A DNA stretch of 64,000 bases from Actinomycetota bacterium (GTDB lineage: Bacteria > Actinomycetota > Geothermincolia > Geothermincolales > RBG-13-55-18). Numbering within the stretch: the first letter of the stretch is position 1; each line of letters begins with the position of its first letter. Shown here piece by piece: positions 29,411 through 38,954 of this stretch. Location of the stretch: assembly GCA_034188985.1 (NCBI GenBank), contig JAXHVT010000066.1:8064-72063 (forward strand). The letters run 5' to 3'. Both the position numbers and the translations under genes were made by a program. Under the pieces are notes generated by a model that searched no databases, was not told the origin of the DNA, and saw nothing but the letters and a program-made list of their open reading frames with translations.

Positions 29411-30393
29411 AAATGGACCTGGATACCGACATGGACGTAGAAGTCGAGAGCCCGCCGTTGGATGAAGAGGAAAAGGCAGTTGGCGGGCGGAGCGACGTCG
29501 AAAGGCGCATGCGGGAGAGGATAGAGCGCACGGAGAGGCGGGCCGCCATCTGCGACCGCATCGCCACAGTGGTCATCTGGGGCCTCGCCCTGTTCGGGCT
29601 GGGAATCCTGGCCTTCATCATCGGCACCATCCTGGTGCGGGGCCTTACCACCGCCCTTACTCCCGGCTTCGTGTTCGGGAAACCCGAGGCCATAAGGGAG
29701 GGGGGAGGTATATGGCCCATGATCGTATCCTCCTTCTACCTGGCGCTTCTCACCATAGCCATCGCCATCCCGCTGGGCGTGGGCGCGGCCATCTACATGG
29801 CCGAGTTCGCCAGGGAGGGCTGGGTGACCCGGGTGGTTCGCTTCGGGGCTGACAGCCTGTCCACCGTGCCATCGGTGGTGTTCGGCATCTTCGGCATGGT
29901 GCTGTTCGTCATCTATTTCGGCCTCGGTTATTCCCTGCTGGCCGGCGCCCTGACGCTTGCCCTGCTCAACCTGCCAATGGTAATGCGCACCACGGAGGAG
30001 GCATTGAAGGCCGTGCCCTGTTCCTACCGGGAGGCCTCCATGGGCCTGGGGGCCACGCGCTGGGAGACGGTGAAGAAGGTCCTGCTCCCAAGCGCCATGC
30101 CCGGGATAACCACCGGAGCCGTGCTGACCATCGGGAGGATAGTGGGCGAGAGCGCCGCCGTCATCTACACCGTGGGCATATTCATCAGGAAGGTCCCCAC
30201 CTCGCCCCTGTCGCCGGCGGCCCCCATGGCCGCGAACATATGGCATACATATACCGAGGGCGCCCTGGTCTCGGATTGGATGAGGGTGGCCAACGGGGAG
30301 GCGGCGTTCCTGCTGCTGGTGGTTCTGGTATTGAACCTGCTGGCCAGGCTGGCCGCCAACAGGTTTCAGAAGAGATTGGGAGCGGTGAAGTAG
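29407..30393 (+). CDS. pstA: phosphate ABC transporter permease PstA
   Basis: PstA-family permease; 4-nt overlap with pstC. Confidence 0.85.
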   Translation: MKMDLDTDMDVEVESPPLDEEEKAVGGRSDVERRMRERIERTERRAAICDRIATVVIWGLALFGLGILAFIIGTILVRGLTTALTPGFVFGKPEAIREGGGIWPMIVSSFYLALLTIAIAIPLGVGAAIYMAEFAREGWVTRVVRFGADSLSTVPSVVFGIFGMVLFVIYFGLGYSLLAGALTLALLNLPMVMRTTEEALKAVPCSYREASMGLGATRWETVKKVLLPSAMPGITTGAVLTIGRIVGESAAVIYTVGIFIRKVPTSPLSPAAPMAANIWHTYTEGALVSDWMRVANGEAAFLLLVVLVLNLLARLAANRFQKRLGAVK

Positions 30394-30394
30394 A

Positions 30395-31183
30395 TTGTCC
30401 GATAACGGGAACGAGATCAAGTTCGAACTCCGCGAGATGGACCTCTTCTACGACGGCTTCAAGGCCCTGGAGGATGTAGACCTGGATATCGAGTGCCGTA
30501 ATATAACCGCTATCATAGGCCCGTCCGGCTGTGGCAAGTCCTCGGCCCTGCGCTGCCTGAACCGCATGAACGACCTGGTGGACGGCGCCAGGGTGGAGGG
30601 CACGGTAAACCTGGATGGGGAGAACATATATCGTAAAAACTACAACGTGGTGGAGCTGCGCAAGAGGGTGGGCATGGTCTTCCAGAAGCCCAACCCTTTC
30701 CCCAAGTCCATCTACGAAAACGTGACCTTCGGCCCCAGGCTCTTCGGCATCAGGGACAGGGAGACCCTGGAAGGCATCGTGGAGGAGAGCCTGCGCAAGG
30801 CGGCCTTGTGGAGCGAGGTCGAGGGCAAGCTGAAGACATCGGCCCTTGCCCTGTCGGGTGGGCAGCAGCAGAGGCTGTGCATAGCCCGGGTACTGGCCGT
30901 CTCCCCCGAGGTCATCCTGCTGGACGAGCCCTGCTCAGCCCTGGACCCTATAGCCACCCAGAGGATCGAGGACCTGCTCTCGGAATTGAAGGAGACTTAT
31001 ACTATAGTAATAGTGACCCACAACATGCAGCAGGCGGCCAGGTTGAGCGACTATACCGCTTTCTTCATGATAGAGGAGCAGGGGGATCCCGGAAAGATTG
31101 TGGAGTTCGGCCCCACAAATACCATATTCACCAATCCCGACGACGAGCGCACCGAGCGCTATATAACGGGCCGGTTCGGGTAA
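30395..31183 (+). CDS. pstB: phosphate ABC transporter ATP-binding protein PstB
   Basis: Walker [10 protein letters not shown], signature LSGGQQQR, Walker B ILLDEP. Confidence 0.9.
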   Translation: MSDNGNEIKFELREMDLFYDGFKALEDVDLDIECRNITAIIGPSGCGKSSALRCLNRMNDLVDGARVEGTVNLDGENIYRKNYNVVELRKRVGMVFQKPNPFPKSIYENVTFGPRLFGIRDRETLEGIVEESLRKAALWSEVEGKLKTSALALSGGQQQRLCIARVLAVSPEVILLDEPCSALDPIATQRIEDLLSELKETYTIVIVTHNMQQAARLSDYTAFFMIEEQGDPGKIVEFGPTNTIFTNPDDERTERYITGRFG

Positions 31184-31200
31184 GAAAGGCGAGGTGGGTT

Positions 31201-31857
31201 TTGCCTTTGGAGCTGAGAAAGGATTTTCAAGAACAGCTGGACGACCTCTACGCGGAGCTGCTGCACATGGGAAGCGACGTGCTGGAGACCATAGAGAAGA
31301 CCCGTCTGTGTTTCCTGAGCGTGGACCACGAGGCCGCCGACGAGATAATCGCCGGAGACGACCTCTTCGACGAGTACCGCGACCGCATAGAGGAGGGCGG
31401 CCTGGAGATCATAGCCCGCCAGGCCCCGGTGGCGGTCGATCTCAGGTTGATAATAATCATCATGCGCATCGCCCAGCATTTCGAGCGCGTGGCCGATCTC
31501 TGCGAGGACATAGCCGTGGCCGTCAAGTACATCCCCTCCGGCTACGTTCCATCCTGGATCCGCGACAACATCGATGAGATGGCCCGCAGGGCCATCAGCA
31601 TCGTAGAGCGCTCCATAGAGTGCTTCAAGGAACGCAACCTGGAGCTGGTCATGGAACTGGAAATCATGGACGATGCCGTGGACAAGCTGCATCGCGGTTT
31701 CTTCAGGGAGTTCGACCGCGGCCGCGAGGAGGAGCTGGACATGGCCATCCGCATCGTCATGATCAGCAGGTTTTTCGAGCGCATAGCGGACCACGCCGTG
31801 GACATAGGCGAACACGTGCGTTTCGTGGTGGAGGGAACCATTTCGTCCGGGGAATGA
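31201..31857 (+). CDS. phoU: phosphate signalling complex protein PhoU
   Basis: Two PhoU repeats (...RIAQHFERVADLCEDIA.../...RFFERIADHAVDIGEHV); RBS GGCGAGGTGG before TTG 31201. Confidence 0.8.
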   Translation: MPLELRKDFQEQLDDLYAELLHMGSDVLETIEKTRLCFLSVDHEAADEIIAGDDLFDEYRDRIEEGGLEIIARQAPVAVDLRLIIIIMRIAQHFERVADLCEDIAVAVKYIPSGYVPSWIRDNIDEMARRAISIVERSIECFKERNLELVMELEIMDDAVDKLHRGFFREFDRGREEELDMAIRIVMISRFFERIADHAVDIGEHVRFVVEGTISSGE

Positions 31858-32230
31858 TGCCCCTTACGCATATGCCTGCTCCCCGTTCCAGGCATGCCTC
31901 ACGGGACCGCCTCCCATTGCGGCGGGCCTTTCGGCCGAGATCTGTCCCCCGCGTTATACTGGCCACCCTATACAATTCACGCATGCGCCGCTTTTTCGAG
32001 CCGCCCGTAACTATCCTACGGGAACCCGTCCGGGGCGTCGGCGAAATGCTCGGGTGAGCGCGGGCCCGGTGGAGAAAGGCCATGGTGCCCGTGGGAAGCG
32101 TCCCCCCGATACCGCCTTTATCTTGGGATTCGAGCTGGAAAACCGCCTGGCGCATCTCGGCGATTTACGGTTACATCGGGCTTGCATACCTTAAAATGAA
32201 CCTTTGGTCATATGATAAAATACCACTATA

Positions 32231-32259
32231 TTGACAATAATATTAACTTATAATAAAAT
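32231..32259 (+). promoter_or_regulatory. consensus sigma70-type promoter TTGACA-N17-TAAAAT inside an AT-rich island, about 190 nt upstream of the thiolase/DUF35 operon
   Basis: Read directly (32231-32236 TTGACA; 32254-32259 TAAAAT). Confidence 0.4.
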
Positions 32260-32456
32260 TTTCCTGTATTATCGGTCATATTCTATTAGACGAGGGCTAA
32301 AAAGGCTGGAGGCTGAGGCATCAACACGTGGAGTAAGAGCGTGCGGCGCTCTATATAAATCTTCAGGCTCGATTGCTACTCGTATGGGGGGTGAGATATG
32401 CGGCAAGTGGTACGGAGGACACCCGTTTTTCACCGTTTGAAAATGGAGGTGAATTT

Positions 32457-33593
32457 ATGGCTGAAAGAGTGGCTATAGTAGGTGTCAAGGAGCACAAGCC
32501 CGCCGAGGCGTACCGGAACCTGCACTTTACCAGCCTCATAGTGGATACGGTGATGCCCTTCCTGGAGGAGATAAACATGCCCTGGGAGGAGATGGAGAGC
32601 CTGGTGGGCGCCGGTTGCGACATGCTGGACGGTCGTTCCATCTCCAGCGTGTTCACCGTGGACCCCATGGGCGGGTTCATGAAAGAGGAATCGAAGGTCG
32701 AGGAAGATATCGCGTTGGCGGTCATGTACGCTTTCATGCGTGTGGCCTCGGGCAGTTTTAAAAACGCCCTGGTCTGCGGATACGGCAAGGGCTCGGAGCT
32801 TCACCCCCACTTCTTCACCGGGCTTCAGTCGGAGCCCGTCTTCATGAAGCCCTTGGGCCTGGACGGATTGACCACCAGCGCTATTCAGGCCACCGCTTAT
32901 ATGAGTAAATACGGAGTCAGCAGGGAGGCGGGGGCGGCCATGGCGGCGCACGATCTGCACAACGCGTTGAAGAATCCCAACGCGCAGAGGGCCATGGACG
33001 TCACCGTGGATGAGGTTCTCAAATCGAAGGAGCTGGCCTACCCCATCACCGAGTTGGAGTACGTGCCGGTTTCGGACGGCTGCGTGGCCGTTATGCTCGC
33101 CAGCGAGGAGGTGGCCGGGAAATACACCGATAAACCGGTGTGGATAGAGGGCATCGGAAACTGCAACGATCTCTTCTACCCCGGTCACCGCGACCTGGCT
33201 GATTCCCGTGGCGTCAAGGCAGCGGCCGAGCGGGCCTACAAGATGGCGGACATTGGCGCATCGGATATCGATCTGGCCGAGGTATACGGCTACAGCTCCT
33301 GGCAGGAGCTCATGGTTCTGGAGGGAATGGGCTTCGCCGAGGATGGAGCCGCCCCTAAGGCTCTCGAGGCCGGTAAGTTTGGTATGGAGGGAGAGCTTCC
33401 GGTCAACATGTCGGGGGGCGCGCTGTCCGCCAACGTCTGGATGGCATGCGGGGGTTCGAGGATAGCCGAATGCTTCCTACAGCTTCGCGGTGAGGCCGGA
33501 GACCGCCAGGTTGACGGCGCTAAGAAGGCGGCGGCCCACGCCACCACCGGGTTGGCCCTGCAGTCCAACACGGTTATGGTACTGGGGAGGTAG
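32457..33593 (+). CDS. thiolase-like protein (SCP-x type), first of a tandem pair
   Basis: SCP-x thiolase conservation; C-terminal LRGEAGDRQVDGAKKAAAHATTGLA; RBS GGAGG before ATG 32457. Confidence 0.8.
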   Translation: MAERVAIVGVKEHKPAEAYRNLHFTSLIVDTVMPFLEEINMPWEEMESLVGAGCDMLDGRSISSVFTVDPMGGFMKEESKVEEDIALAVMYAFMRVASGSFKNALVCGYGKGSELHPHFFTGLQSEPVFMKPLGLDGLTTSAIQATAYMSKYGVSREAGAAMAAHDLHNALKNPNAQRAMDVTVDEVLKSKELAYPITELEYVPVSDGCVAVMLASEEVAGKYTDKPVWIEGIGNCNDLFYPGHRDLADSRGVKAAAERAYKMADIGASDIDLAEVYGYSSWQELMVLEGMGFAEDGAAPKALEAGKFGMEGELPVNMSGGALSANVWMACGGSRIAECFLQLRGEAGDRQVDGAKKAAAHATTGLALQSNTVMVLGR

Positions 33594-33598
33594 ATGAT

Positions 33599-34759
33599 AT
33601 GCCAAGGAAAGTAGCGGTTATCGGAACGGGTCAGACCAAGACCAAGATGCGGCGCACCGACGTCGACTTCCCCGGACTGGTACACGAGGCCGTATCGCGG
33701 GCCCTAGAGGACGCGGGGATCACCATCAAGGATATCGACGCTGTGGTGTTCGGGAGCTCTCCCGAATACTTCGAGGGCGTCAACAATCCCGAGAAATGGT
33801 GCCTGGACGCTTCCGGCGGCTTTATGAAGCCTCAGTTCCGCATCCATACCGGGGGTACGGTGGGGGCCTCCACCGGTATCGGGGGGTTTTATCACGTGGC
33901 CTCGGGAATGTACGACATCGTCCTGGCTGTCACCGGCGACAAGCTATCGGAGGGCGAGGTCCAATACAATCTCTCCACGGTGTACGATCCCATATTCGGC
34001 AGGGATATGGCCTGTGGGGCGCCCAGCGCCGTGGCCCATCAGGCCTCCCGTTACATGCATAAGTACGGGGTTACGGAGGAACAGACGGCCGTAGCGGCCG
34101 TACAGGACCGCAAGCATGCTCAGAACAACCCCTACGCCCAACTGCAGCTGGATATAACGGTCGAAGACGTTATGAAGTCACCTCCCATCTCCTCCCCTAT
34201 TAAATTGCTGGACGCCTGCCCCGCCTCGGATGGAGCAGCGGCCATGGTGTTCGCGGTCGAGGAAAAGGCGGAGAAGATGTGCCGGAGGCCGGCATGGGTA
34301 CGGGCGGTTTCCGCCATAGCCGAGACGGCGAACTACGCTTATCGCGATTGGTCGGAGCCAATAGCGTTGATCAAGGCGGCCAAGAAATGTTACGCGGCCT
34401 GTGGTATCGACAATCCACGCAAGCAGCTGGATGTGATCGAGATGTACGATGCATTCAGCCCCCAGATGCTCATATGGGCCGAGTCCCTGGGCCTCTGCGA
34501 ACGCGGCGATGGCGGTAAGTTCATCGAGTCCGGGGCCGCATCCATGGAGGGCGACATCCCCATCAATCCCTCTGGAGGAGTGCTGTCCGCCAATACCATC
34601 GGCGCCACGGCCATGGTGCGCCAGGTCGAGGTCTGCCTGCAGGTTATGAGTAAGGCTGACAAGCGGCAGGTTGACGAGGCCAGTTGGGGACTGGCCCATG
34701 GCTGGGGCGGAGGCATCCAGTTCCATACCGTGATGGTCGTCAGCAGCGAGAAGCCCTGA
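33599..34759 (+). CDS. thiolase-like protein (SCP-x type), second of the pair
   Basis: VAVIGTGQTK N-terminus; C-terminal GWGGGIQFHTVMVV. Confidence 0.8.
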   Translation: MPRKVAVIGTGQTKTKMRRTDVDFPGLVHEAVSRALEDAGITIKDIDAVVFGSSPEYFEGVNNPEKWCLDASGGFMKPQFRIHTGGTVGASTGIGGFYHVASGMYDIVLAVTGDKLSEGEVQYNLSTVYDPIFGRDMACGAPSAVAHQASRYMHKYGVTEEQTAVAAVQDRKHAQNNPYAQLQLDITVEDVMKSPPISSPIKLLDACPASDGAAAMVFAVEEKAEKMCRRPAWVRAVSAIAETANYAYRDWSEPIALIKAAKKCYAACGIDNPRKQLDVIEMYDAFSPQMLIWAESLGLCERGDGGKFIESGAASMEGDIPINPSGGVLSANTIGATAMVRQVEVCLQVMSKADKRQVDEASWGLAHGWGGGIQFHTVMVVSSEKP

Positions 34760-34776
34760 GTCGCAAGGTGGTGAGA

Positions 34777-35229
34777 ATGATGGCTGAGGAAAAATACGGA
34801 GTCATGAAGGGTCATATAGGAGACGCTCCCTACAACTGGACCACCGGAAAGACGGCGGGCCGGCTGCTTCAGGAATTCCGCGACAACCGCAAGTTCGTGG
34901 GATTCAAATGTCCCGGCTGCGGCAAGGTTTACTTTCCAGCCAAGGACATCTGCGGCGAGTGCTACGTACCGCTCGAGGAGGAGCCGGTCGAGGTAGGCCC
35001 GGAGGGCGAGGTAATATCCTACACTATCGTGCGCGAGGCCAACCCCGAGTCGCCAGCCGAAGCCCCTTACGTCCTGGGTATGGTCAAGCTGGACGGCGCG
35101 GATACGGCGGTAATCGGACTGCTCCTGGCCGGGGACAAGGACGTCCAGGTAGGCATGCGAGTGAAGCCGGAGTGGAAGGAAGAGCGCATGGGCCATTTCA
35201 GCGATCTCGAGGGCTTCGTCTCGGCATGA
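34777..35229 (+). CDS. DUF35 OB-fold/Zn-ribbon protein (thiolase partner)
   Basis: CPGCGKVYFPAKDICGECY rubredoxin-like ribbon followed by OB-fold region. Confidence 0.8.
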   Translation: MMAEEKYGVMKGHIGDAPYNWTTGKTAGRLLQEFRDNRKFVGFKCPGCGKVYFPAKDICGECYVPLEEEPVEVGPEGEVISYTIVREANPESPAEAPYVLGMVKLDGADTAVIGLLLAGDKDVQVGMRVKPEWKEERMGHFSDLEGFVSA

Positions 35230-35257
35230 GCACCCCGTGGAGGAAAGGAGTGATGAA

Positions 35258-35713
35258 ATGTCCGAGGAGGTAGTGGAGTTCCAGGGACGTATTAACGTTC
35301 CCTATGAATGGGCCTATGGAGAGAATCTGACCAGGTTCTTCGAGGGCACCAGGAATAAAAAGATATACGGTGCTCGCTGTCCTTCCTGCAAGGGCGTGAT
35401 AACGCCGCCTTACCCTTATTGCCAGAGGTGTTTCGTTCCCACCGAGGAAGAGTGGATAGAACTTCCCCATACCGCCAGGGTGGACGCCTTTACCGTGGTC
35501 TACCTGCCCTTTCCGGGCCAGCCCATGGATCCCCCCTATGCTTATGCCACGCTGGTCGTGGACGGTAGCGACGGATATTATCTTCACATGCTGGGCGAGT
35601 GCGAGTTCGAGGATATACACTGCGACATGAAGGTGGAGGCGGTCTGGAATCCCGAGCCCAAGGGGGACCTCTACGATATACTCTACTGGAGGCCGATAAA
35701 GGAAGCTAAGTAA
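35258..35713 (+). CDS. DUF35 OB-fold/Zn-ribbon protein (second copy)
   Basis: CPSCKGVITPPYPYCQRC ribbon plus OB-fold; RBS GGAGGAAAGGAG upstream. Confidence 0.8.
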   Translation: MSEEVVEFQGRINVPYEWAYGENLTRFFEGTRNKKIYGARCPSCKGVITPPYPYCQRCFVPTEEEWIELPHTARVDAFTVVYLPFPGQPMDPPYAYATLVVDGSDGYYLHMLGECEFEDIHCDMKVEAVWNPEPKGDLYDILYWRPIKEAK

Positions 35714-35723
35714 GGATAAATCC

Positions 35724-35760
35724 GGGGGGTGGGGCCTCGCTCCCACCCCCTATATTATTC
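35724..35760 (+). terminator. Rho-independent terminator (GGGGGTGGG-gcctcgct-CCCACCCCC followed by TATATTATTC)
   Basis: 9-bp GC stem read directly, 11 nt after the stop. Confidence 0.6.
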
Positions 35761-35780
35761 GGGAGAGACGGGAGGAAGGT

Positions 35781-36518
35781 TTGGTCTTGAAAAGGGAACC
35801 CGGCCGGCGGGGCGATCGAGGGGAGCAACTGCTGAGAGCGGCGAGGGAGGTCTTCTCCCGCAAGGGATATAACGAGGTCACCGTGGCGGATATCACAGCA
35901 GAGGCCGGCTTGGCCAAGGGTACCCTGTACCTCTACTTCCAGAGCAAGGAGGAGCTCTTCCTGGAGGTGATAAGGGACGCCATTCAGAGGTTGCGTCACG
36001 CCCTGGGAGAGGCGGTGGGAGACGTGGACGACCCACTGGAGAGGGTGAAGGTATCGGTGCCCTTCATCTTCAAGTTCTGCCACCAGGAGGCCGGGCTCTA
36101 CCTGGCCATATTCCAGCAGTCTTCCTTCCTCCAGAGCGAGCGCCACGAAGAGTACAAGGCCCTCTACGAGCCCCTGGCCAGGGATTTCCAGATGACCATC
36201 GAGGAGGGGGTGAGGCGCGGCGTCTTCAGGGCCGGCAACCCCTACCTTCTATCCCACGGGGTTCACGGTTTCCTGGCCAGCCTTATTTACCAGTGGCTAC
36301 TGCTGGAGAAGGAGGGAGGGGCACCGCCCGGTTACCTGGAGGAGATGTCCGAGACCGTGAGCCGTTTCTTCTACTACGGCCTGGTTGGCGAGTCCTTTCC
36401 GGAGCTTGGGGAGCTGAGCGAGGGATTGAGGGCCCAGTACCGCCACCAGCTCGAGGAGATACACGAGTGGCAGCGTGAGTTGGTCAGGCTGGAGAAAATC
36501 CTCCGCTCCTACATCTAG
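35781..36518 (+). CDS. TetR/AcrR family transcriptional regulator
   Basis: TetR HTH (YNEVTVADITAEAGLAKGTLYLYFQSKEELF). Confidence 0.8.
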   Translation: MVLKREPGRRGDRGEQLLRAAREVFSRKGYNEVTVADITAEAGLAKGTLYLYFQSKEELFLEVIRDAIQRLRHALGEAVGDVDDPLERVKVSVPFIFKFCHQEAGLYLAIFQQSSFLQSERHEEYKALYEPLARDFQMTIEEGVRRGVFRAGNPYLLSHGVHGFLASLIYQWLLLEKEGGAPPGYLEEMSETVSRFFYYGLVGESFPELGELSEGLRAQYRHQLEEIHEWQRELVRLEKILRSYI

Positions 36519-36742
36519 GGGTCGGGTTCCGAGTTATAAAAAATATTCTTACTATTGATCGATCGTCGAAGACGGAGATACGAAACTCGATTAATAGGTA
36601 ACATATGGGGTAAAAACCGGTTTTCGAGGCCTGACACCAGGCCCGTCAAGATGTTACCCCCGAGTTTAAATTTTGATATGATAGTCCATATCGTTTGTCG
36701 GGAAAAGGCTGTAAAGATCTCTGGCCAGCCACTGATTTAAGC

Positions 36743-36757
36743 AACGGTTCAACCGTT
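36743..36757. promoter_or_regulatory. perfect palindrome AACGGTTcAACCGTT about 40 nt upstream of the SDR gene, within a palindrome-rich intergenic region; candidate operator
   Basis: Read directly; the region also carries AAAACCGGTTTT (36616-36627) and distant GGTAAC/GTTACC half-sites. Confidence 0.4.
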
Positions 36758-36795
36758 ATCAAAACGGGTTGTTAGAACGGTTAAGGAGGGTAACC

Positions 36796-37617
36796 ATGAA
36801 GGAAGAGAAGAAAAAAGACGTTCGCGGCAAGGTATTTCTAGTCACCGGGGGCGCCATGGGTATGGGGCGCGGAATGGCCGAGCGCTTCGCCAGGGATGGG
36901 GCAAAGGTGGTGCTGTGGGATATCAATCCCGTTGAGTTGGATAAAACGGAGCGCCAGATGAAAGAAAGGGACATGGACGTCTACTCTTACGTGGTGGACG
37001 TAACCGACCGTGAACAGGTCTACGACACGGCGGAGAAGGTGAAGAGGGAAGTGGGCGCGGTCGACGTAATCATGAACAACGCCGGCATCGTCAGGGGCGG
37101 TCCCTTTATGGAGGTGAGCGACGACGATCACTATGCCACCATGGACATCAACTTCAACGCATACATGTGGATGATCAAGGCTTTCATGGGGGATATGATG
37201 GCCCGCAACGACGGCCATATCATAAACATAGCCTCGGCGGCGGGGTTGACCTGCGTGCCGTTGCTGGCCAATTATTGTGCCAGCAAGGCCGCCGTGGTCA
37301 ATTTCACCGATTCCATGAGAATGGAAATGAAGCGCCTGGGTTACAAAGGTGTCAAGTTCACCATAATCTGCCCCAGCTACGTCCAGACGGGAATGTTCGA
37401 GGGTGTCAAGGCCCCCTTCGTGACCCCCTGGATGACCACAGAGGAGATGTGCGACAAGATATACAAGGGGTATCACAAGGACAAGAAGATGGTGGCGGAG
37501 CCATTTATGGTCAAGTTGGTTCCAGCCTTGAGGGGTATATCGCCGCGATTTGTCTACGACGTGTTCTCCGTTTTCCTGGGCGTGTCACGTTCCATGGAGG
37601 AATGGCGAGGGCACTGA
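36796..37617 (+). CDS. SDR family oxidoreductase
   Basis: TGGAMGMG Rossmann motif, NNAG, catalytic YCASK; RBS AAGGAGGG before ATG. Confidence 0.8.
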   Translation: MKEEKKKDVRGKVFLVTGGAMGMGRGMAERFARDGAKVVLWDINPVELDKTERQMKERDMDVYSYVVDVTDREQVYDTAEKVKREVGAVDVIMNNAGIVRGGPFMEVSDDDHYATMDINFNAYMWMIKAFMGDMMARNDGHIINIASAAGLTCVPLLANYCASKAAVVNFTDSMRMEMKRLGYKGVKFTIICPSYVQTGMFEGVKAPFVTPWMTTEEMCDKIYKGYHKDKKMVAEPFMVKLVPALRGISPRFVYDVFSVFLGVSRSMEEWRGH

Positions 37618-37756
37618 CGAAGTGGGCGGAAAGCGCTGTTGGTCCAGGTATTATTCTATATTCCAGCGTGAAGGTAACGATATCCGACGTGGTTACCGAG
37701 GATAAGGGTTCTGGCCTCTCTTCGCTGTCGGGAGACGACGTGGAAGGGATTTAGCT

Positions 37757-38851
37757 GTGCCCGATATTGACAAGTGCCCGGAGTGCAGGGTCCCGAGGCA
37801 GATAACGTCCGAGCACATATGGCGGAACAACGGGGTGATAATCTCCAAGCGAGATTCTACCCACCGCATGGTATTCTTCGAGAGCGACAACCTGGATCAC
37901 CTGTACCACGGGATCGCGGAGCTGATCGGCATGCCGATCGAGCACCTGGTGATCGATGCCTCGCGCAGGTCCACCCAGGCCTATATAGACCGCCTGGTTC
38001 CCGATGACATCAAGGAGCTGATGAGGCAGCGGGACATGGAGATAAGTCTGGTCATCGAGGCCATGTTCACCACCTCCAGGTTGATGGGATACGGTCGGCT
38101 CTCCCTGGTTGACGTACGCTACGAGGGCGATAAGAAGGATTTCGTTACCGTTCGCCTGGAAAAGCCCTACTCTCTTCCCCTCTGCTACGGTAACTTTTCG
38201 GGGACGGTCGAGGCCCTGATTGGTGGGGAGCCGGGTATCGAATACGGAGAGGTGTCCCCCGGGGTATACGAAGCCATGGTGTTCTCCTCCGAGATCCCTT
38301 CCGAGCTGAAGAAGAGACTGCATTGGAGAGGATATCTTCAGAAGTACAAAGAGGGCCATATTGAGCTGGAACGTTGCGGCACCTGCGGGGGGCCGAGGGC
38401 ACTCTCCAGCTTTCATTGGGACCTGGACATGGGAGTGATCAGGAGCACCACCACGGGCAAAAGGATGGTTATAACCGGCCCATCGATGATAGACCCCGTC
38501 TTCGAGGACCTCGAGCAGGAGCTTGGCGATTCCATCCCCCGCGTGGTCGTGGAGGCCCAGAAGAGATTCGTGAAGACAGGCTTTTTCTCCGTCGGTGAGG
38601 TCGACGACGAGGCCTCTCTACGTAGCCGGCTGGCCTTGAGGGGCCTGGGCAATATGGTCGAGGTAAGGATGGGCAGAAAGGGTGTCCGCCTGGTGCTGGA
38701 GAACGCCGCCCTGCATCTTCTGGGCGTGGGTATGGCTCAGGGCCTGTACGAGCTGGCTTTCAACGTGGAGTCGGAGGTGGATTGGGAGCTTTCCGAGGAT
38801 GGCGTACTGCATATTGAGGTCAACCCTAAAGGCCATTCGCTTAACCTCTGA
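37757..38851 (+). CDS. tandem-duplicated sensor-module protein: two repeats of [CxxC knuckle + XylR_N-like + V4R (4-vinyl-reductase-like)]; no DNA-binding or AAA+ output domain
   Basis: Repeats CPECRV...HIWRNNGVI...RMVF...AELIGMP and CGTCGG...HWDLDMGVI...RMVI...EQELGDS resemble the XylR/DmpR A-domain N-terminus. GxG...N(S/A)(A/C)LH..G.G.AQG stretches resemble V4R. GTG start; family name assigned by motif recall only. Confidence 0.5.
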   Translation: MPDIDKCPECRVPRQITSEHIWRNNGVIISKRDSTHRMVFFESDNLDHLYHGIAELIGMPIEHLVIDASRRSTQAYIDRLVPDDIKELMRQRDMEISLVIEAMFTTSRLMGYGRLSLVDVRYEGDKKDFVTVRLEKPYSLPLCYGNFSGTVEALIGGEPGIEYGEVSPGVYEAMVFSSEIPSELKKRLHWRGYLQKYKEGHIELERCGTCGGPRALSSFHWDLDMGVIRSTTTGKRMVITGPSMIDPVFEDLEQELGDSIPRVVVEAQKRFVKTGFFSVGEVDDEASLRSRLALRGLGNMVEVRMGRKGVRLVLENAALHLLGVGMAQGLYELAFNVESEVDWELSEDGVLHIEVNPKGHSLNL

Positions 38852-38954
38852 GCGGCAACCCCGCCCGTTCGAGCGCTCAATACCCGCATGATGGAGACCG
38901 TACATTGATGTATGCCACGTTCAAACCATGGGTGGCTGAGCGGCGATAGATTAG

